From positions 111,775 through 175,774 of the forward strand of contig OMZQ01000001.1 of the NCBI GenBank assembly GCA_900315595.1: a DNA stretch of 64,000 bases. Direction: 5' to 3'. Below the pieces are notes generated by a model that searched no databases, was not told the origin of the DNA, and saw only the letters and a program-made list of their open reading frames with translations. The first letter of the stretch is position 1; every line of letters starts with the position of its first letter. This document shows, piece after piece, positions 53,407 through 63,270 of this stretch. Position numbers and translations under genes: made by a program. Source of the stretch: an uncultured Eubacteriales bacterium (GTDB taxonomy: Bacteria; Bacillota; Clostridia; Oscillospirales; Oscillospiraceae).

Positions 53407-54528
53407 TCAGCCCTCCGTCTCATCCTCCGCCGCCAGAGTGCAGGCAGGGACGCTGTCGCGGTCCCACTCATAGCCCTCCATCTCGTCGTCGGTCAGGAAG
53501 CGGACGGAGCCCTCTGAGAGGGCCTGCGTCTGGAAATCAACGTGGCGGAAGCCGTCCTCAAACTCAATGACGTTCCAGTACCACGGCTCTCCGTCCTTGA
53601 GACCTTCCACCGGATAGCAGGGGATCTCCGCCTGATTGCAGAGATAGGAAAGGACGGAGGACATTGTGAAGCTGTTGCTCTCCCCTTCGCAGAGAAGGGT
53701 ATAGACGGAGGCGTCATCCTTTTGTACGTAGTGAAAGCGCGAATTCAGATAATAGTACATCAGCCGGACGGTCTGATCCGGCTCCGTGGAGTACCGGAAA
53801 TAGGCGCAGGCGGAATCCAGGACGGCGTTCGCCTCGGTGCGCATTCGGCGCAGGGCGTCGTGGTTGCTCCGGTAGACGTAGTGAACCTCGACGACACGGA
53901 CGTAGCCGCGATTGGGATAGACGTCGGCGGTGATATCCGGCGCTTCCGCGATCTGGTCGGGATGCTCAAAGACGTATTGCCGGAGGGCGGCGGCAAAGTC
54001 CTCCTCCGCATAGCCGGAGACGCGGAGCGTGAAGGAGTTCTCCTGCTCGACGAGTGCGGAGGTCATGCGCTTGAGGGCGGCGTCAATGCCGAGAACGGAT
54101 TCGATCGCGGCGATCTCCCCTGCGGAGCGCCGATAGATGGCGTCCATCCGGACCCGCCAGGCGCCGCCGGAATAGACCCGATCCAGCTCCAGATAATCGA
54201 CGGCGTAGGCGCTGATCGCGTCCTGATTCATAAAGTAGTCCTTAACCTTGTCAATGTCGGTTTCGATGGAGCCGGAATAGTCCTTGATCTCAACTTCCCC
54301 GTGCTCCACGCCGGCGAAGATGAACTGGTACAGGGCTTCGCGCAGGCTGTAGTAATCCGAGGCCGTACGGATCGGGTCCGGCTCCGTGGCCTCCGTGGGA
54401 GGCTGGGTGGTCTCGCGGAAAGCGTAGGGATCCTTATGCTCGGCAAGAGAGACGGACTCCCCCTCATACTGAAGCATGCAGCCGCTGAGCATAAGCAGCG
54501 CCAGCGCCAGCGGCAAAAGACGGCGCAT
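53407..54528 (-). CDS. Lipoprotein with degenerate transglutaminase-like C-terminal domain
   Basis: 373 aa from ATG 54528 (GGAGGTGA RBS; the ORF track starts at 54546). Signal peptide MRRLLPLALALLMLSGC. The C-terminus LLCEGESNSF ... PWYWNVIEF ... FRHVD keeps the Cys and Asp positions, but the His position reads Tyr by eye. Confidence 0.6.
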   Translation of the reverse strand: MRRLLPLALALLMLSGCMLQYEGESVSLAEHKDPYAFRETTQPPTEATEPDPIRTASDYYSLREALYQFIFAGVEHGEVEIKDYSGSIETDIDKVKDYFMNQDAISAYAVDYLELDRVYSGGAWRVRMDAIYRRSAGEIAAIESVLGIDAALKRMTSALVEQENSFTLRVSGYAEEDFAAALRQYVFEHPDQIAEAPDITADVYPNRGYVRVVEVHYVYRSNHDALRRMRTEANAVLDSACAYFRYSTEPDQTVRLMYYYLNSRFHYVQKDDASVYTLLCEGESNSFTMSSVLSYLCNQAEIPCYPVEGLKDGEPWYWNVIEFEDGFRHVDFQTQALSEGSVRFLTDDEMEGYEWDRDSVPACTLAAEDETEG

Positions 54529-54577
54529 CACGGAAGTCACCTCCATTCAGGCAAGCGGAAACAGATGGGACACGCGC

Positions 54578-56821
54578 TTACAATTCCAAAGAAAGCTGCT
54601 GCTCCACCCGATCCTCGTCCTTGAGCAGAGCGCCGATGGCGGGCAGAGTCCGGGTGCGGTAGCGGGTCTCGTTCCGGATCCCGCTCTGCGCCAGACGGCA
54701 GGCGCGGACAAGCTCCGCCTTGCGCTTGAGCGTGAGAACGCTGACGCCCTGGATGGCGCGCCCGGACTTGAGGGCAAGCTGCGCCGTGGAAAACACCAGC
54801 GCACGGTTTTCCGTGGTAAACAGGGCGAGCTTCTCGTCCTCCTTCATCTGGAACAGCGCCTTGAGCGGGCTCTTGTCGCAGTAGGCTCCGGTCAGCTTCC
54901 TGCGGTTGGATTTCGTCTCATAAGCGGCAAGGTCGATCTTGGAAACCTTGCCGTCGGCATAGACGAAAACCAGGAAGCCGGTATAGTCCCCCGGCAGGAA
55001 GACGGCGAGCACGTTTTCCCCGTCCTCCATGCCCAGCTTCTGGGGCAGATAGTCGCCCAAAACGGAAGCCTTGCCGTCCGGGAAGGCGTCGCACCGGGTC
55101 TTGTAGACCTGGCAGCGGTCGGTGAAGACCAGAAGCTCAGCCTGATTCGTGGTCTCGGCGGTCATGGACAGGGCGTCGCCCTCCTTGAACTTCTGCTCGC
55201 CGGACATGCGAAGGCTCTGCGGCGTGATCTTCTTGAAATAACCCTCCCGGGAGAGGAAGATGGTCACCGGATAATCGGGCGCGGGCTCCGGGGCCTCCTC
55301 GGTGAATTCCTCGTGCTCATAGAGCAAGCCGGTCCGGCGGTCCATGCCGTAGGTCTTTGAAACGGTCTCCAGCTCCTTGACGATGATCGTTCGGACGCGG
55401 GCGCTGCTCTTGAGGATCTTTTCAAGGTCCTCAATGGCCTTTTCCAGCTCCTCGGTCTCCGCCGTGCGCTTGAGGATGTACTCCTTGTTGATGTTTCGCA
55501 GCTTGATCTCTGCAACGTAGTTGGCCTGGATCTCGTCGATGCCAAAGCCGATCATCAGGTTCGGGATGACCTCGGCCTCGGATTCGGTGCCGCGGATGAT
55601 GGCGATGGCCTTGTCGATATCGAGCAGGATCTTGCCCAGGCCAAGCAGCAGGTGGAGCTTTTCCTGCTTCTTCTGGAGCTGGTAATAGGTCCGGCGGCGG
55701 ATGCACTCGGTCCGCCAGGCGACCCACTCCTCCAGGATCTCGCGGACGCCCATCACGCGGGGCATGCCGGCGATCAGCACGTTGAAGTTGCAGGTGAAGC
55801 TGTCCTGCAGGGTGGTGTAGCGGAAGAGCTTCTGCATCAGCTTCTCCGGGTCCACGCCGCGCTTGAGGTCCATCGTGATCTTGAGGCCGGAGAGGTCCGT
55901 CTCGTCCCGGATGTCGTTGAGCTCGCGGATCTTGCCCGTCTTAGACAGATCGACCACCTTTTCGATCACCGCCTCGGCGGTGGTGGTGTAGGGCAGCTCG
56001 TAGACCTCGATCAGATTGCCCTCCTTCACGTAGCGCCATCTGGCGCGGACGCGGAAGGAGCCGCGCCCGGTTTCATAGATGGCGTTCATCTCGGCGCGGT
56101 CATAGATGATCTCGCCGCCCGTCGGGAAATCCGGGGCTGGCATGGTTTCCAGCAGGTCGCAGCGCGGGTCGCGGAGATAGGCGATCGTGGTCTCACAGAC
56201 CTCCCGGAGATTGAAGCCGCAGATATTCGAGGCCATGCCGACGGCTATGCCGTTGTTGTTGGAGACGAGGACGTTTGGGAAGGTCGTGGGCAGAAGGGTC
56301 GGCTCCTTCATCGTGCCGTCGTAGTTGTCGGCCATGTCCACGGTGTCCAGGTCGATGTCACGGAAAAGCTCGGCGCAGATCGGCTCCAGCCGCGCCTCGG
56401 TGTAACGCGGGGCGGCATAGGCCATATCGCGGGAGTAGACCTTGCCGAAGTTGCCCTTCGAGTCCACGAAGGGGTGGAGCATCGCGCCGTTGCCGCGCGA
56501 AAGGCGCACCATCGTCTCATAGATCGCGGCGTCGCCGTGGGGATTGAGCTTCATCGTTGCGCCGACGATATTGGCGGACTTCGAGCGGTTGCCCTTCAGC
56601 AGGCCCATCGTATACATCATATACAGGAGCTTGCGGTGGGAGGGCTTGAAGCCGTCGATCTCCGGGATGGCACGCGAAACGATGACGCTCATTGCATAGG
56701 GCATAAAGTTCCATTCCAGCGTGTCGCAGATGCCCTGCTCAGTGAGCTCGCCGCGCAGACCGACCACGGAATCGTCAACCGCGTGTTTGGTTGGTTTTGG
56801 TTCAGATTTCTTTTTGGGCAT
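54578..56821 (-). CDS. Type IIA DNA topoisomerase subunit A (gyrase/topo IV family, topo IV-like short form)
   Basis: 747 aa. YAMSVIVSRAIPEIDGFKPSHRKLLY, the active-site Tyr in AAPRYTEARL, and C-terminal beta-pinwheel repeats. Confidence 0.85.
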   Translation of the reverse strand: MPKKKSEPKPTKHAVDDSVVGLRGELTEQGICDTLEWNFMPYAMSVIVSRAIPEIDGFKPSHRKLLYMMYTMGLLKGNRSKSANIVGATMKLNPHGDAAIYETMVRLSRGNGAMLHPFVDSKGNFGKVYSRDMAYAAPRYTEARLEPICAELFRDIDLDTVDMADNYDGTMKEPTLLPTTFPNVLVSNNNGIAVGMASNICGFNLREVCETTIAYLRDPRCDLLETMPAPDFPTGGEIIYDRAEMNAIYETGRGSFRVRARWRYVKEGNLIEVYELPYTTTAEAVIEKVVDLSKTGKIRELNDIRDETDLSGLKITMDLKRGVDPEKLMQKLFRYTTLQDSFTCNFNVLIAGMPRVMGVREILEEWVAWRTECIRRRTYYQLQKKQEKLHLLLGLGKILLDIDKAIAIIRGTESEAEVIPNLMIGFGIDEIQANYVAEIKLRNINKEYILKRTAETEELEKAIEDLEKILKSSARVRTIIVKELETVSKTYGMDRRTGLLYEHEEFTEEAPEPAPDYPVTIFLSREGYFKKITPQSLRMSGEQKFKEGDALSMTAETTNQAELLVFTDRCQVYKTRCDAFPDGKASVLGDYLPQKLGMEDGENVLAVFLPGDYTGFLVFVYADGKVSKIDLAAYETKSNRRKLTGAYCDKSPLKALFQMKEDEKLALFTTENRALVFSTAQLALKSGRAIQGVSVLTLKRKAELVRACRLAQSGIRNETRYRTRTLPAIGALLKDEDRVEQQLSLEL

Positions 56822-56847
56822 ATCGGATGATACCTCTTCTATTCAGG

Positions 56848-57981
56848 TTAATCGGCAAAGGTGCGGCAGAGCCGGTCCCAAAGCCTGCGCAGACCGCGAA
56901 CGATCCGGGCGCAGAAGCGGTCGAGCCGGAGCAGGCGGAACAGCCTGAGCCGGAGCCAGTCGTAAAGGGCGGAGGGCAAGAAGATCAGCAGCATGAAGCC
57001 GGGGATCAGGACCAGAAGCTGCCACGTTGGCGCATGCTTGAAGGAAATCAGGCAGAGCTCCAGCCGGGACCAGACCGTGTGATGCACGTGGATCACGTAG
57101 ACGCCGAAGCAGAGGGGCGCGATCCCGCGGACCAGAGCCCTTGCTGCCCGGCCACGGATCTCAAGCCGCGCAGCCAGAACCAGCAGCGCGACCGACGGCA
57201 GGACAAGGAAGGGCGTGGAATACTTGGAAAACGGCGCGACGCTCATCCCTGCAAGCTGAACGCGCCAGGCGATCAGTCCGTTCAGAACGATCAAACCCAC
57301 GGCGCACAGACGCAGCTTCCATCGGGCGGCGCGGAAGAAGATCCGCTCCTTGCGGACGCAGGCCCCGACGACGTACATGCAGACGAGCCACATGGCCGAA
57401 AAACCGCCGGCAAGGGCGAAGGTATCGCCGTAATAGACGTAGCCGAGGAAGGAGCCTCCGGAGGAAAGACCAAGTACGCCCCAGAACAGGCCGAGCGTCT
57501 GCTTCCGGTCCAGAGCAGCCACGCCGCGGTTGACGATCGGGCTCAGCAGAAAGACGAAGGAATAGCAGGAAAAATACCAGAAGCAGCGCTGGGTGACGGG
57601 AAACGCGGAACGGATCCAGAATTCCGGTTCGACGGAGCCGGGCTGGATCAGCTCCCCGATCACGCACAGAGACAGGCTCAGCAGCACCACCTGAAGCCAG
57701 AGGGCCAGAAAACGCTCCGGTCTCCAGCGGCCCGGATAGAGCACGTAGCCGGAAATCAGCGCAAAGATCGTCACGCCCATTCCGCCGATCCGGACAAGAT
57801 TCTCTCCCAACTGCTGCATTACGGGACCGTCGGCCCGATAACAGTGGATCAGGCCGGTCTGATTCAGGGTGTGCAGCATGACGATCAGGGCGATTGCAAG
57901 GATGCGGAGGGCGTCCACGCCCAGGTTGCGTTCCGCCCGCGCGGACAGGGGCGCTGCGTTCGGTTTCGATGCGGATCGCAT
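56848..57981 (-). CDS. Acyltransferase family 3 (OafA/YrhL-like) integral membrane protein
   Basis: 377 aa, about 10 TM. N-terminal LGVDALRILAIALIVMLH motif of acyltransferase_3. Confidence 0.75.
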   Translation of the reverse strand: MRSASKPNAAPLSARAERNLGVDALRILAIALIVMLHTLNQTGLIHCYRADGPVMQQLGENLVRIGGMGVTIFALISGYVLYPGRWRPERFLALWLQVVLLSLSLCVIGELIQPGSVEPEFWIRSAFPVTQRCFWYFSCYSFVFLLSPIVNRGVAALDRKQTLGLFWGVLGLSSGGSFLGYVYYGDTFALAGGFSAMWLVCMYVVGACVRKERIFFRAARWKLRLCAVGLIVLNGLIAWRVQLAGMSVAPFSKYSTPFLVLPSVALLVLAARLEIRGRAARALVRGIAPLCFGVYVIHVHHTVWSRLELCLISFKHAPTWQLLVLIPGFMLLIFLPSALYDWLRLRLFRLLRLDRFCARIVRGLRRLWDRLCRTFAD

Positions 57982-58005
57982 GCGGATCAGTCTCCTTTCA
58001 GCGCT

Positions 58006-60000
58006 TCAGGAAATATCGGCCAGATCGAGATACTTGTAGCCGTTGTCGGAGATATAGTCCTTTCGGGCCTGCAGATTGTCCCCGAGCAGCATATCAAAAT
58101 AGACGGCGGTCCGGGCGGCGTCCTCCGGCATGACCTTGATGAGCCGGCGGGTCTCGGGATTCATGGTGGTCATCCACATCATTTCCGGCTCGTTCTCGCC
58201 GAGGCCCTTGGAGCGCTGGATATTGACCTTCTTCCCTTCCAGCTTTTTGAGGATCTCGGCCTTCTCGGTCTCGTTGTAGGCAAACCAGGTCTGATCCCTG
58301 CAGGTGATCTCAAAGAGCGGAGATTCGGCAATATAGACGAAGCCCTCGCGGATCAGCGTCGGAACCAGCCGGTAGAGCATGGTCAGGATCAGCGTGCGGA
58401 TATGGTATCCGTCCTCGTCGGCGTCGGTGCAGATGACGATTTTATTCCAGCGGAGGTTGGACAGGTCAAACTCCGCCAGATCCTTGACGTGCTTGTCGCG
58501 GACCTCGATGCCGCAGCCGAGGACCTTGAGCAGGTCCGTGATGATCTCGGATTTGAAAATTTTCGCGTAATCCGCCTTGAGACAGTTCAGAATCTTGCCG
58601 CGCACCGGCATAATGCCCTGAAATTCGGCGTCTCTTCCCGTCTTGACCGAGCCCAAAGCGGAATCGCCCTCCACGATATAGAGCTCGCGCACGTTCGGGT
58701 CCTTGCTCCGGCAGTCCACGAACTTCTGAACGCGGTTGGCGATATCCAGAGAGCCGGAGAGTTTTTTCTTGATCGTCAGTCTGGCCTTCTCCGCCGTCTC
58801 CCGGGAGCGCTTGTTGACCAGGACCTGGGCGGCGATCTGCTCGGCCTCCTGCTTGTTTTCGATGAAATAGACCTGCAGGCGGGAGCGGAAGAATTCCACC
58901 ATCGCATCCTGGATGAACTTGTTGGTGATGGCCTTCTTGGTCTGGTTCTCGTAGGAGGTCTGGGTGGAAAAGCAGTTGGTCACAAGAACCAGACAGTCGC
59001 AGACGTCCTGCCAGGTGATCTTGCTTTCATTCTTGACGTATTTGTTCTCCTGCTTGAGATAGGCGTCGATGGCGTAGACGAAGGCGTTTTTGGCAGCCTT
59101 TTCCGGCGCGCCGCCGTATTCCAGCCAGGAAGAGTTGTGGTAGTATTCCAGATGACCGCCCTGACGGGCAAAGCAGACGGCTGCGGTCAGGCGGACCTTG
59201 TAGTCCTCCATATCGGGACGGTCGCGTCCGACGCGGTCAGCCTCCCAGTATTGGGGCATGGTGATGGGACTCATGTTCCCGGTCTCGGCAAGCTCATTGA
59301 GATAGTCCACGATACCGTTTTCGTAGCGGAATTCCGTGGTCTCGAATTTCCCGCCGATCTGATTGCGGAAGCGGAAGGTCACGCCTGCGTTGACCACAGC
59401 CTGCCGCTTGAGCATATCGGTGTAGTAATCCGAGGGGATGTCGATGTCGGTAAAGACCTTGAGGTCCGGCTTCCAGTGGAAGCGCGAGCCGGTCTGCTTG
59501 CGGGTCGTGGGCTCCTTTTCGAGCTTGCCGACGATGCGGCCCTTTTCAAAGTGCAGATTGTACCGGAAGCCGTCGCGGTAGATCTCGGCGTCAAAGTATT
59601 CCGAGGCGTACTGGGTGGCGCAGGTGCCGAGGCCGTTCAGACCCAGGCTGTATTCATAGTTTCCGCCGCCCTGATTGTTTTTGTACTTGCCGCCCGCGTA
59701 CATCTCGCAGAAGACAAGCTCCCAGTTGTAGCGCCCCTCTTTTTCGTTCCAGTCCACGGGACAGCCGCGGCCAAAGTCCTCCACCTCGACGGAGTGATCG
59801 GCATACCGGGTGACGATGATCAGATCGCCGTGCTTCTCGCGGGCCTCGTCGATGGCGTTGGAAACGATCTCAAAAACCGCGTGCTCGCAGCCGTCCAGGC
59901 CGTCCGAGCCGAAGATAACGGCGGGGCGTTTGCGGACCCGGTCCTCCCCTTTCAGTAATTCAATACTCTCATTGCCGTAATCCGGTTGTTTTTTGCTCAT
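58006..60000 (-). CDS. Type IIA DNA topoisomerase subunit B (GyrB/ParE family)
   Basis: 664 aa. GHKL ATPase motifs (EIVSNAIDE, DFGRGCPVD, GLNGLGTC), Toprim EGDSALGS, PVRGKILN. Confidence 0.9.
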   Translation of the reverse strand: MSKKQPDYGNESIELLKGEDRVRKRPAVIFGSDGLDGCEHAVFEIVSNAIDEAREKHGDLIIVTRYADHSVEVEDFGRGCPVDWNEKEGRYNWELVFCEMYAGGKYKNNQGGGNYEYSLGLNGLGTCATQYASEYFDAEIYRDGFRYNLHFEKGRIVGKLEKEPTTRKQTGSRFHWKPDLKVFTDIDIPSDYYTDMLKRQAVVNAGVTFRFRNQIGGKFETTEFRYENGIVDYLNELAETGNMSPITMPQYWEADRVGRDRPDMEDYKVRLTAAVCFARQGGHLEYYHNSSWLEYGGAPEKAAKNAFVYAIDAYLKQENKYVKNESKITWQDVCDCLVLVTNCFSTQTSYENQTKKAITNKFIQDAMVEFFRSRLQVYFIENKQEAEQIAAQVLVNKRSRETAEKARLTIKKKLSGSLDIANRVQKFVDCRSKDPNVRELYIVEGDSALGSVKTGRDAEFQGIMPVRGKILNCLKADYAKIFKSEIITDLLKVLGCGIEVRDKHVKDLAEFDLSNLRWNKIVICTDADEDGYHIRTLILTMLYRLVPTLIREGFVYIAESPLFEITCRDQTWFAYNETEKAEILKKLEGKKVNIQRSKGLGENEPEMMWMTTMNPETRRLIKVMPEDAARTAVYFDMLLGDNLQARKDYISDNGYKYLDLADIS

Positions 60001-60135
60001 AGTATCCTCTCAGCGGTAAAACCGCAACGTATTGATGTGTTCGTGCATACACACCCACTATATCCTGTACAGTATAGCCGGAATCCGTAAAAATGTCAAG
60101 GAAAATCGGCGGAAAGCAAGCCTGCTCCGAAAAAG

Positions 60136-60167
60136 CGAAAATGCTCCCGGTCAGGGGAGCATTTTCT
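60136..60167 (-). terminator. Terminator overlapping the HAD gene stop codon
   Basis: Minus strand: GAAAATGCTCCC-CTGACC-GGGAGCATTTTC followed by GCTTTTTC. The upstream arm encodes the last residues EKMLP. Confidence 0.55.
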
Positions 60168-60789
60168 CGATTGCAGCCGGTATTTCGGAAAAAGCATGCA
60201 CAGCCGGCGCGTCCGGAACCGATCCGAAGCCGTAGGCAGCGTGGAGGAACGGGATCCCGGCGGCGCGGGCCGCCTCGCAGTCTCCCATCGTATCTCCGAC
60301 GTAGATCGCGCGTTCGATTCCGTTCCGCTCCATGACCAGACGGATGTTTTCGCCCTTGGTCTTTGCGGTGCGGACGGCGTTTTCGTAATCGTCGAAGTAC
60401 CCGCCGGTTTGATTGCCGGAAAAGAATGCCTCGATATAGCCCAGGCCGCAGTTGCTCACGACAGCCATGAAATACCGCTCGTGCAGGCGCGGCAGAAGCT
60501 CCTCCTCTCCGGGATAGAGCAGGCCGCCGTGCGCGGCAAGCGGGATGCATTCCGCATCACAGCAGGAATTGACCACTGCTTCCGCCCAGGCGCGGTCCTT
60601 GCCAGGAAATATGGCCTCCGCGATCTGCGGCAGGGTCTTTCCGCAGCAGCGGCGGCAGTCGTCCGGGGTGAAGACCTGATCCACGCCGTTGGCCCGGCAC
60701 CAGTCGTTCCAGGCGGCGGCGACGGTATCGCAGGAATCCCAAAGCGTGCCGTCCAGATCCCAGATGATCGCCGTTTTCTGCTTTTTCAT
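60151..60789 (-). CDS. HAD-superfamily phosphatase (phosphoglycolate phosphatase-like)
   Basis: 212 aa from ATG 60789, which follows GGAGG. Motif I DLDGTLWDS, VSN motif II, GDTMGD motif IV. Confidence 0.8.
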   Translation of the reverse strand: MKKQKTAIIWDLDGTLWDSCDTVAAAWNDWCRANGVDQVFTPDDCRRCCGKTLPQIAEAIFPGKDRAWAEAVVNSCCDAECIPLAAHGGLLYPGEEELLPRLHERYFMAVVSNCGLGYIEAFFSGNQTGGYFDDYENAVRTAKTKGENIRLVMERNGIERAIYVGDTMGDCEAARAAGIPFLHAAYGFGSVPDAPAVHAFSEIPAAIEKMLP

Positions 60790-60871
60790 AAAAACCTCCG
60801 GTTTCCAGGTTGAAAACCCGTGAAAAATGGTGTAAGATATAGAAAGATGATCTTGAAGGGAGATTCTTTGC

Positions 60872-61876
60872 ATGAAACGAATTCTTGCCATCGGCACCGG
60901 CGGAACCATCGCCTCCCAGCTCGCGCCGGACGGCCTCCAGCCGGAGCTCAATACCGATCAGCTTCTGTCTCAGGTCCCGGCGATCCGGGAGTTCTGCGAC
61001 GTTGTCTGCAATCAGCTCTGCTCCATCGACAGCACGAATATGTCCCCCTCCCGCTGGGTCCAGATGGCGCGGGCGATCCGGGACGATTATGACAATTACG
61101 ACGGCTTCGTGATCATCCACGGAACCGATACGATGGCCTATACAGCAGCCGCCCTCTCCTATCTGATCCAGGGCAGCCCCAAGCCGATCGTTCTGACCGG
61201 CGCACAGAAGCCCATCGGCTCAGACAGCACGGACTCCAAGATGAACCTGGAGGACGCCTTTCGCTGCGCCTGCTCGAATCTTTGCGGGGTCCTGCTGGTC
61301 TTCAACGGGAAGGTCATGCTGGGTACCCGCGCCAGAAAGACGCACACCAAGAGCTTCCGCGCCTTTTCCAGCATCAACTATCCGGAGCTGGCCTATATCC
61401 GCGACGGACGGGTTTTGCCCTTCATCGTGCCGGAGAGCCGGGAGCGGCCCACCTTCTACGACCGGGTGGACGACAAGGTCGCCCTGCTGAAAATGATCCC
61501 TGGCACGGACAGCGCACTGCTGGCCTGGATGCTGGAGCACAACGACGCGCTGATCATCGAGAGCTTCGGCGTGGGCGGGATGCCGTCCTACCGCGGAACG
61601 GAGTTCCACGATCTGATGGCAGCAGCCATGAAGCAGGGCAAGACCATCGTGATGACGACCCAGGTGGAGAACGAGGGCAGCGACCTGGCCGTCTACAGCG
61701 TGGGCAACAGTCTGAAAACCCGGCTGGGCGTTCTGGAGGCCTATGACATGACGACGGAGGCCGTGGTCGGAAAACTGATGTGGATCCTCGGTCAGACCCG
61801 CGACCCGGACGAGATCCGCCGCCTGTTCTACCGGCCCGTGGCAGCAGACATTCTTATTCCGACTTCCGAGGCCTGA
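60872..61876 (+). CDS. ansA: Type I L-asparaginase
   Basis: 334 aa with a GAAGGGAG RBS. GTGGTIAS and HGTDTMAYTA catalytic threonine motifs. Confidence 0.9.
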   Translation: MKRILAIGTGGTIASQLAPDGLQPELNTDQLLSQVPAIREFCDVVCNQLCSIDSTNMSPSRWVQMARAIRDDYDNYDGFVIIHGTDTMAYTAAALSYLIQGSPKPIVLTGAQKPIGSDSTDSKMNLEDAFRCACSNLCGVLLVFNGKVMLGTRARKTHTKSFRAFSSINYPELAYIRDGRVLPFIVPESRERPTFYDRVDDKVALLKMIPGTDSALLAWMLEHNDALIIESFGVGGMPSYRGTEFHDLMAAAMKQGKTIVMTTQVENEGSDLAVYSVGNSLKTRLGVLEAYDMTTEAVVGKLMWILGQTRDPDEIRRLFYRPVAADILIPTSEA

Positions 61877-62333
61877 ACACGTAGTAGCGCTGGCCGACGT
61901 AGTTGATGATGCAATAGGTCATCGTACAGGCCAGCATGACCAGATTCTCGCGGAAGACCGGGGTCTCGGCGCTGCGGGCGACGAGATTCTGCACCCAATC
62001 GGAGATCGCGCAGAAGGGCCGGACCTGGATGAGGGATTCAAAGACCTTGAGCAGGAGGACCTTCGCAAACAGATAGCTCAAGCCCACGGAGACGACGAAC
62101 TTCACCGGCCAGTACCGGGAGATCTCCAGGCCGCGGAAGGTCACGTAACGGTTGAGCAGGAAGGAAATCCCGGTCTGGAGCGCGAATTCGATGATGAGGC
62201 TGGGCGTTTTCGCCACGTGAAAGACGTTGTGCAGAATCAGCATGATGAGATTGCACACGCCGTAGTTGAGGATGCCCAGGGTGACGTAGAGCCAGAAGGT
62301 CTTGTCAAAGAACTGATTCCAGATTCGTTTCAT
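61854..62333 (-). CDS. GtrA-family membrane protein
   Basis: 159 aa, four TM, with the FxLNRYVTF motif. Its 3' end overlaps the ansA 3' end by 23 nt. ATGA overlap with the upstream GH25 gene. Confidence 0.8.
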   Translation of the reverse strand: MKRIWNQFFDKTFWLYVTLGILNYGVCNLIMLILHNVFHVAKTPSLIIEFALQTGISFLLNRYVTFRGLEISRYWPVKFVVSVGLSYLFAKVLLLKVFESLIQVRPFCAISDWVQNLVARSAETPVFRENLVMLACTMTYCIINYVGQRYYVFRPRKSE

Positions 62334-63139
62334 TCCGCAACCTCCGTAACTGTTTCTGCTTCGGGTTCGACGTACATCAGATCCCGGTCCACCTGCACCT
62401 CGATGCCGGCAACGTGTCCCTTCCCGGTGTACTGCCAGAAATGGACCCCATAGCCGAAGGATTGATAGCTGCCGTACTCTGCCAGCCAGAACGCGCTTCT
62501 TCGCAGGGCTTCCAGATTCAGAAGCATATAGCCGTAGGACTGGCTGAAATAGACGCCCGGCGCGTAGCCGCCTTCTGCAACCGTGTCGCAGAAGATCTGC
62601 GCGTAGTCGGAGACCAGGGTATTGGCGTAACCGGCGGTCCGCCCGCGGGAGACCTCCTCCCAGTCGAAGAAGACAGGCAGCTCCAGCTTTCGCCCGCCCA
62701 GCGTATCCAGGACGAAATCGGCCTCCGCCTTGGCCTCCTCCCGGCTGGTGGCCTGGGAATAGAAGTAGACGCCGACCGCGATCCCCGCGGCGCGGGCATT
62801 TTCATAGTTTTCCTCAAAGCGGCTGTCCACGTTCAGACTGCCGCTTTCATGATAGCCGCGGAAGCCGATCTGGAGGATCGCAAAGCGGATCCCGTCCTGA
62901 TAGACGGCCTCCCAGTCGATCTCGCGCTGGTGAGAGGAAACGTCGATGCCCTGTATGGCGCCGGGATAAGAGACGACGCCGTTTTCATCTTTCGTAAAGG
63001 CCGCCATTTCCGCAGTGTTGAGCGGGATCAGCGACCCGGACGGCGCTGCGCCGCTGCGAGACCGGCGGAAGATCGAGCAGCCGGTAAACAGCAGCGCGCA
63101 AACCAGCAGAACAAGGCAGCTCCGGCGGATCGGTTTCAT
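62330..63139 (-). CDS. GH25 muramidase (lysozyme) lipoprotein
   Basis: 269 aa. Lipobox LFTGC. GIDVSSHQREIDW, FFDWE and WQYT motifs of GH25. Confidence 0.85.
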   Translation of the reverse strand: MKPIRRSCLVLLVCALLFTGCSIFRRSRSGAAPSGSLIPLNTAEMAAFTKDENGVVSYPGAIQGIDVSSHQREIDWEAVYQDGIRFAILQIGFRGYHESGSLNVDSRFEENYENARAAGIAVGVYFYSQATSREEAKAEADFVLDTLGGRKLELPVFFDWEEVSRGRTAGYANTLVSDYAQIFCDTVAEGGYAPGVYFSQSYGYMLLNLEALRRSAFWLAEYGSYQSFGYGVHFWQYTGKGHVAGIEVQVDRDLMYVEPEAETVTEVAE

Positions 63140-63205
63140 ACGCGCCCTCCTTTTTGTACATGATTTTTAATTATATCACACTTTGTTGAGAAATGCAAAA
63201 AGTAA

Positions 63206-63234
63206 TTGCCTTTTCCCGGAAATTGTTGTAGAAT
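63206..63234 (+). promoter_or_regulatory. Sigma-70 promoter of the second CapA-like gene
   Basis: TTGCCT (63206-63211), 17-nt spacer, TAGAAT (63229-63234). Confidence 0.45.
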
Positions 63235-63270
63235 GACGGAGCACACGAATCATTATCTTGGAGGAAGACT

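Noticed and set aside
56791-59958. 1055-aa plus-strand ORF, the longest in the track
   Set aside because: It lies antisense to the topoisomerase B subunit and acyltransferase genes. Its composition is low-complexity (Gly/Ala/Asp/His/Arg) with no recognisable domain, which is typical of a high-GC shadow frame.
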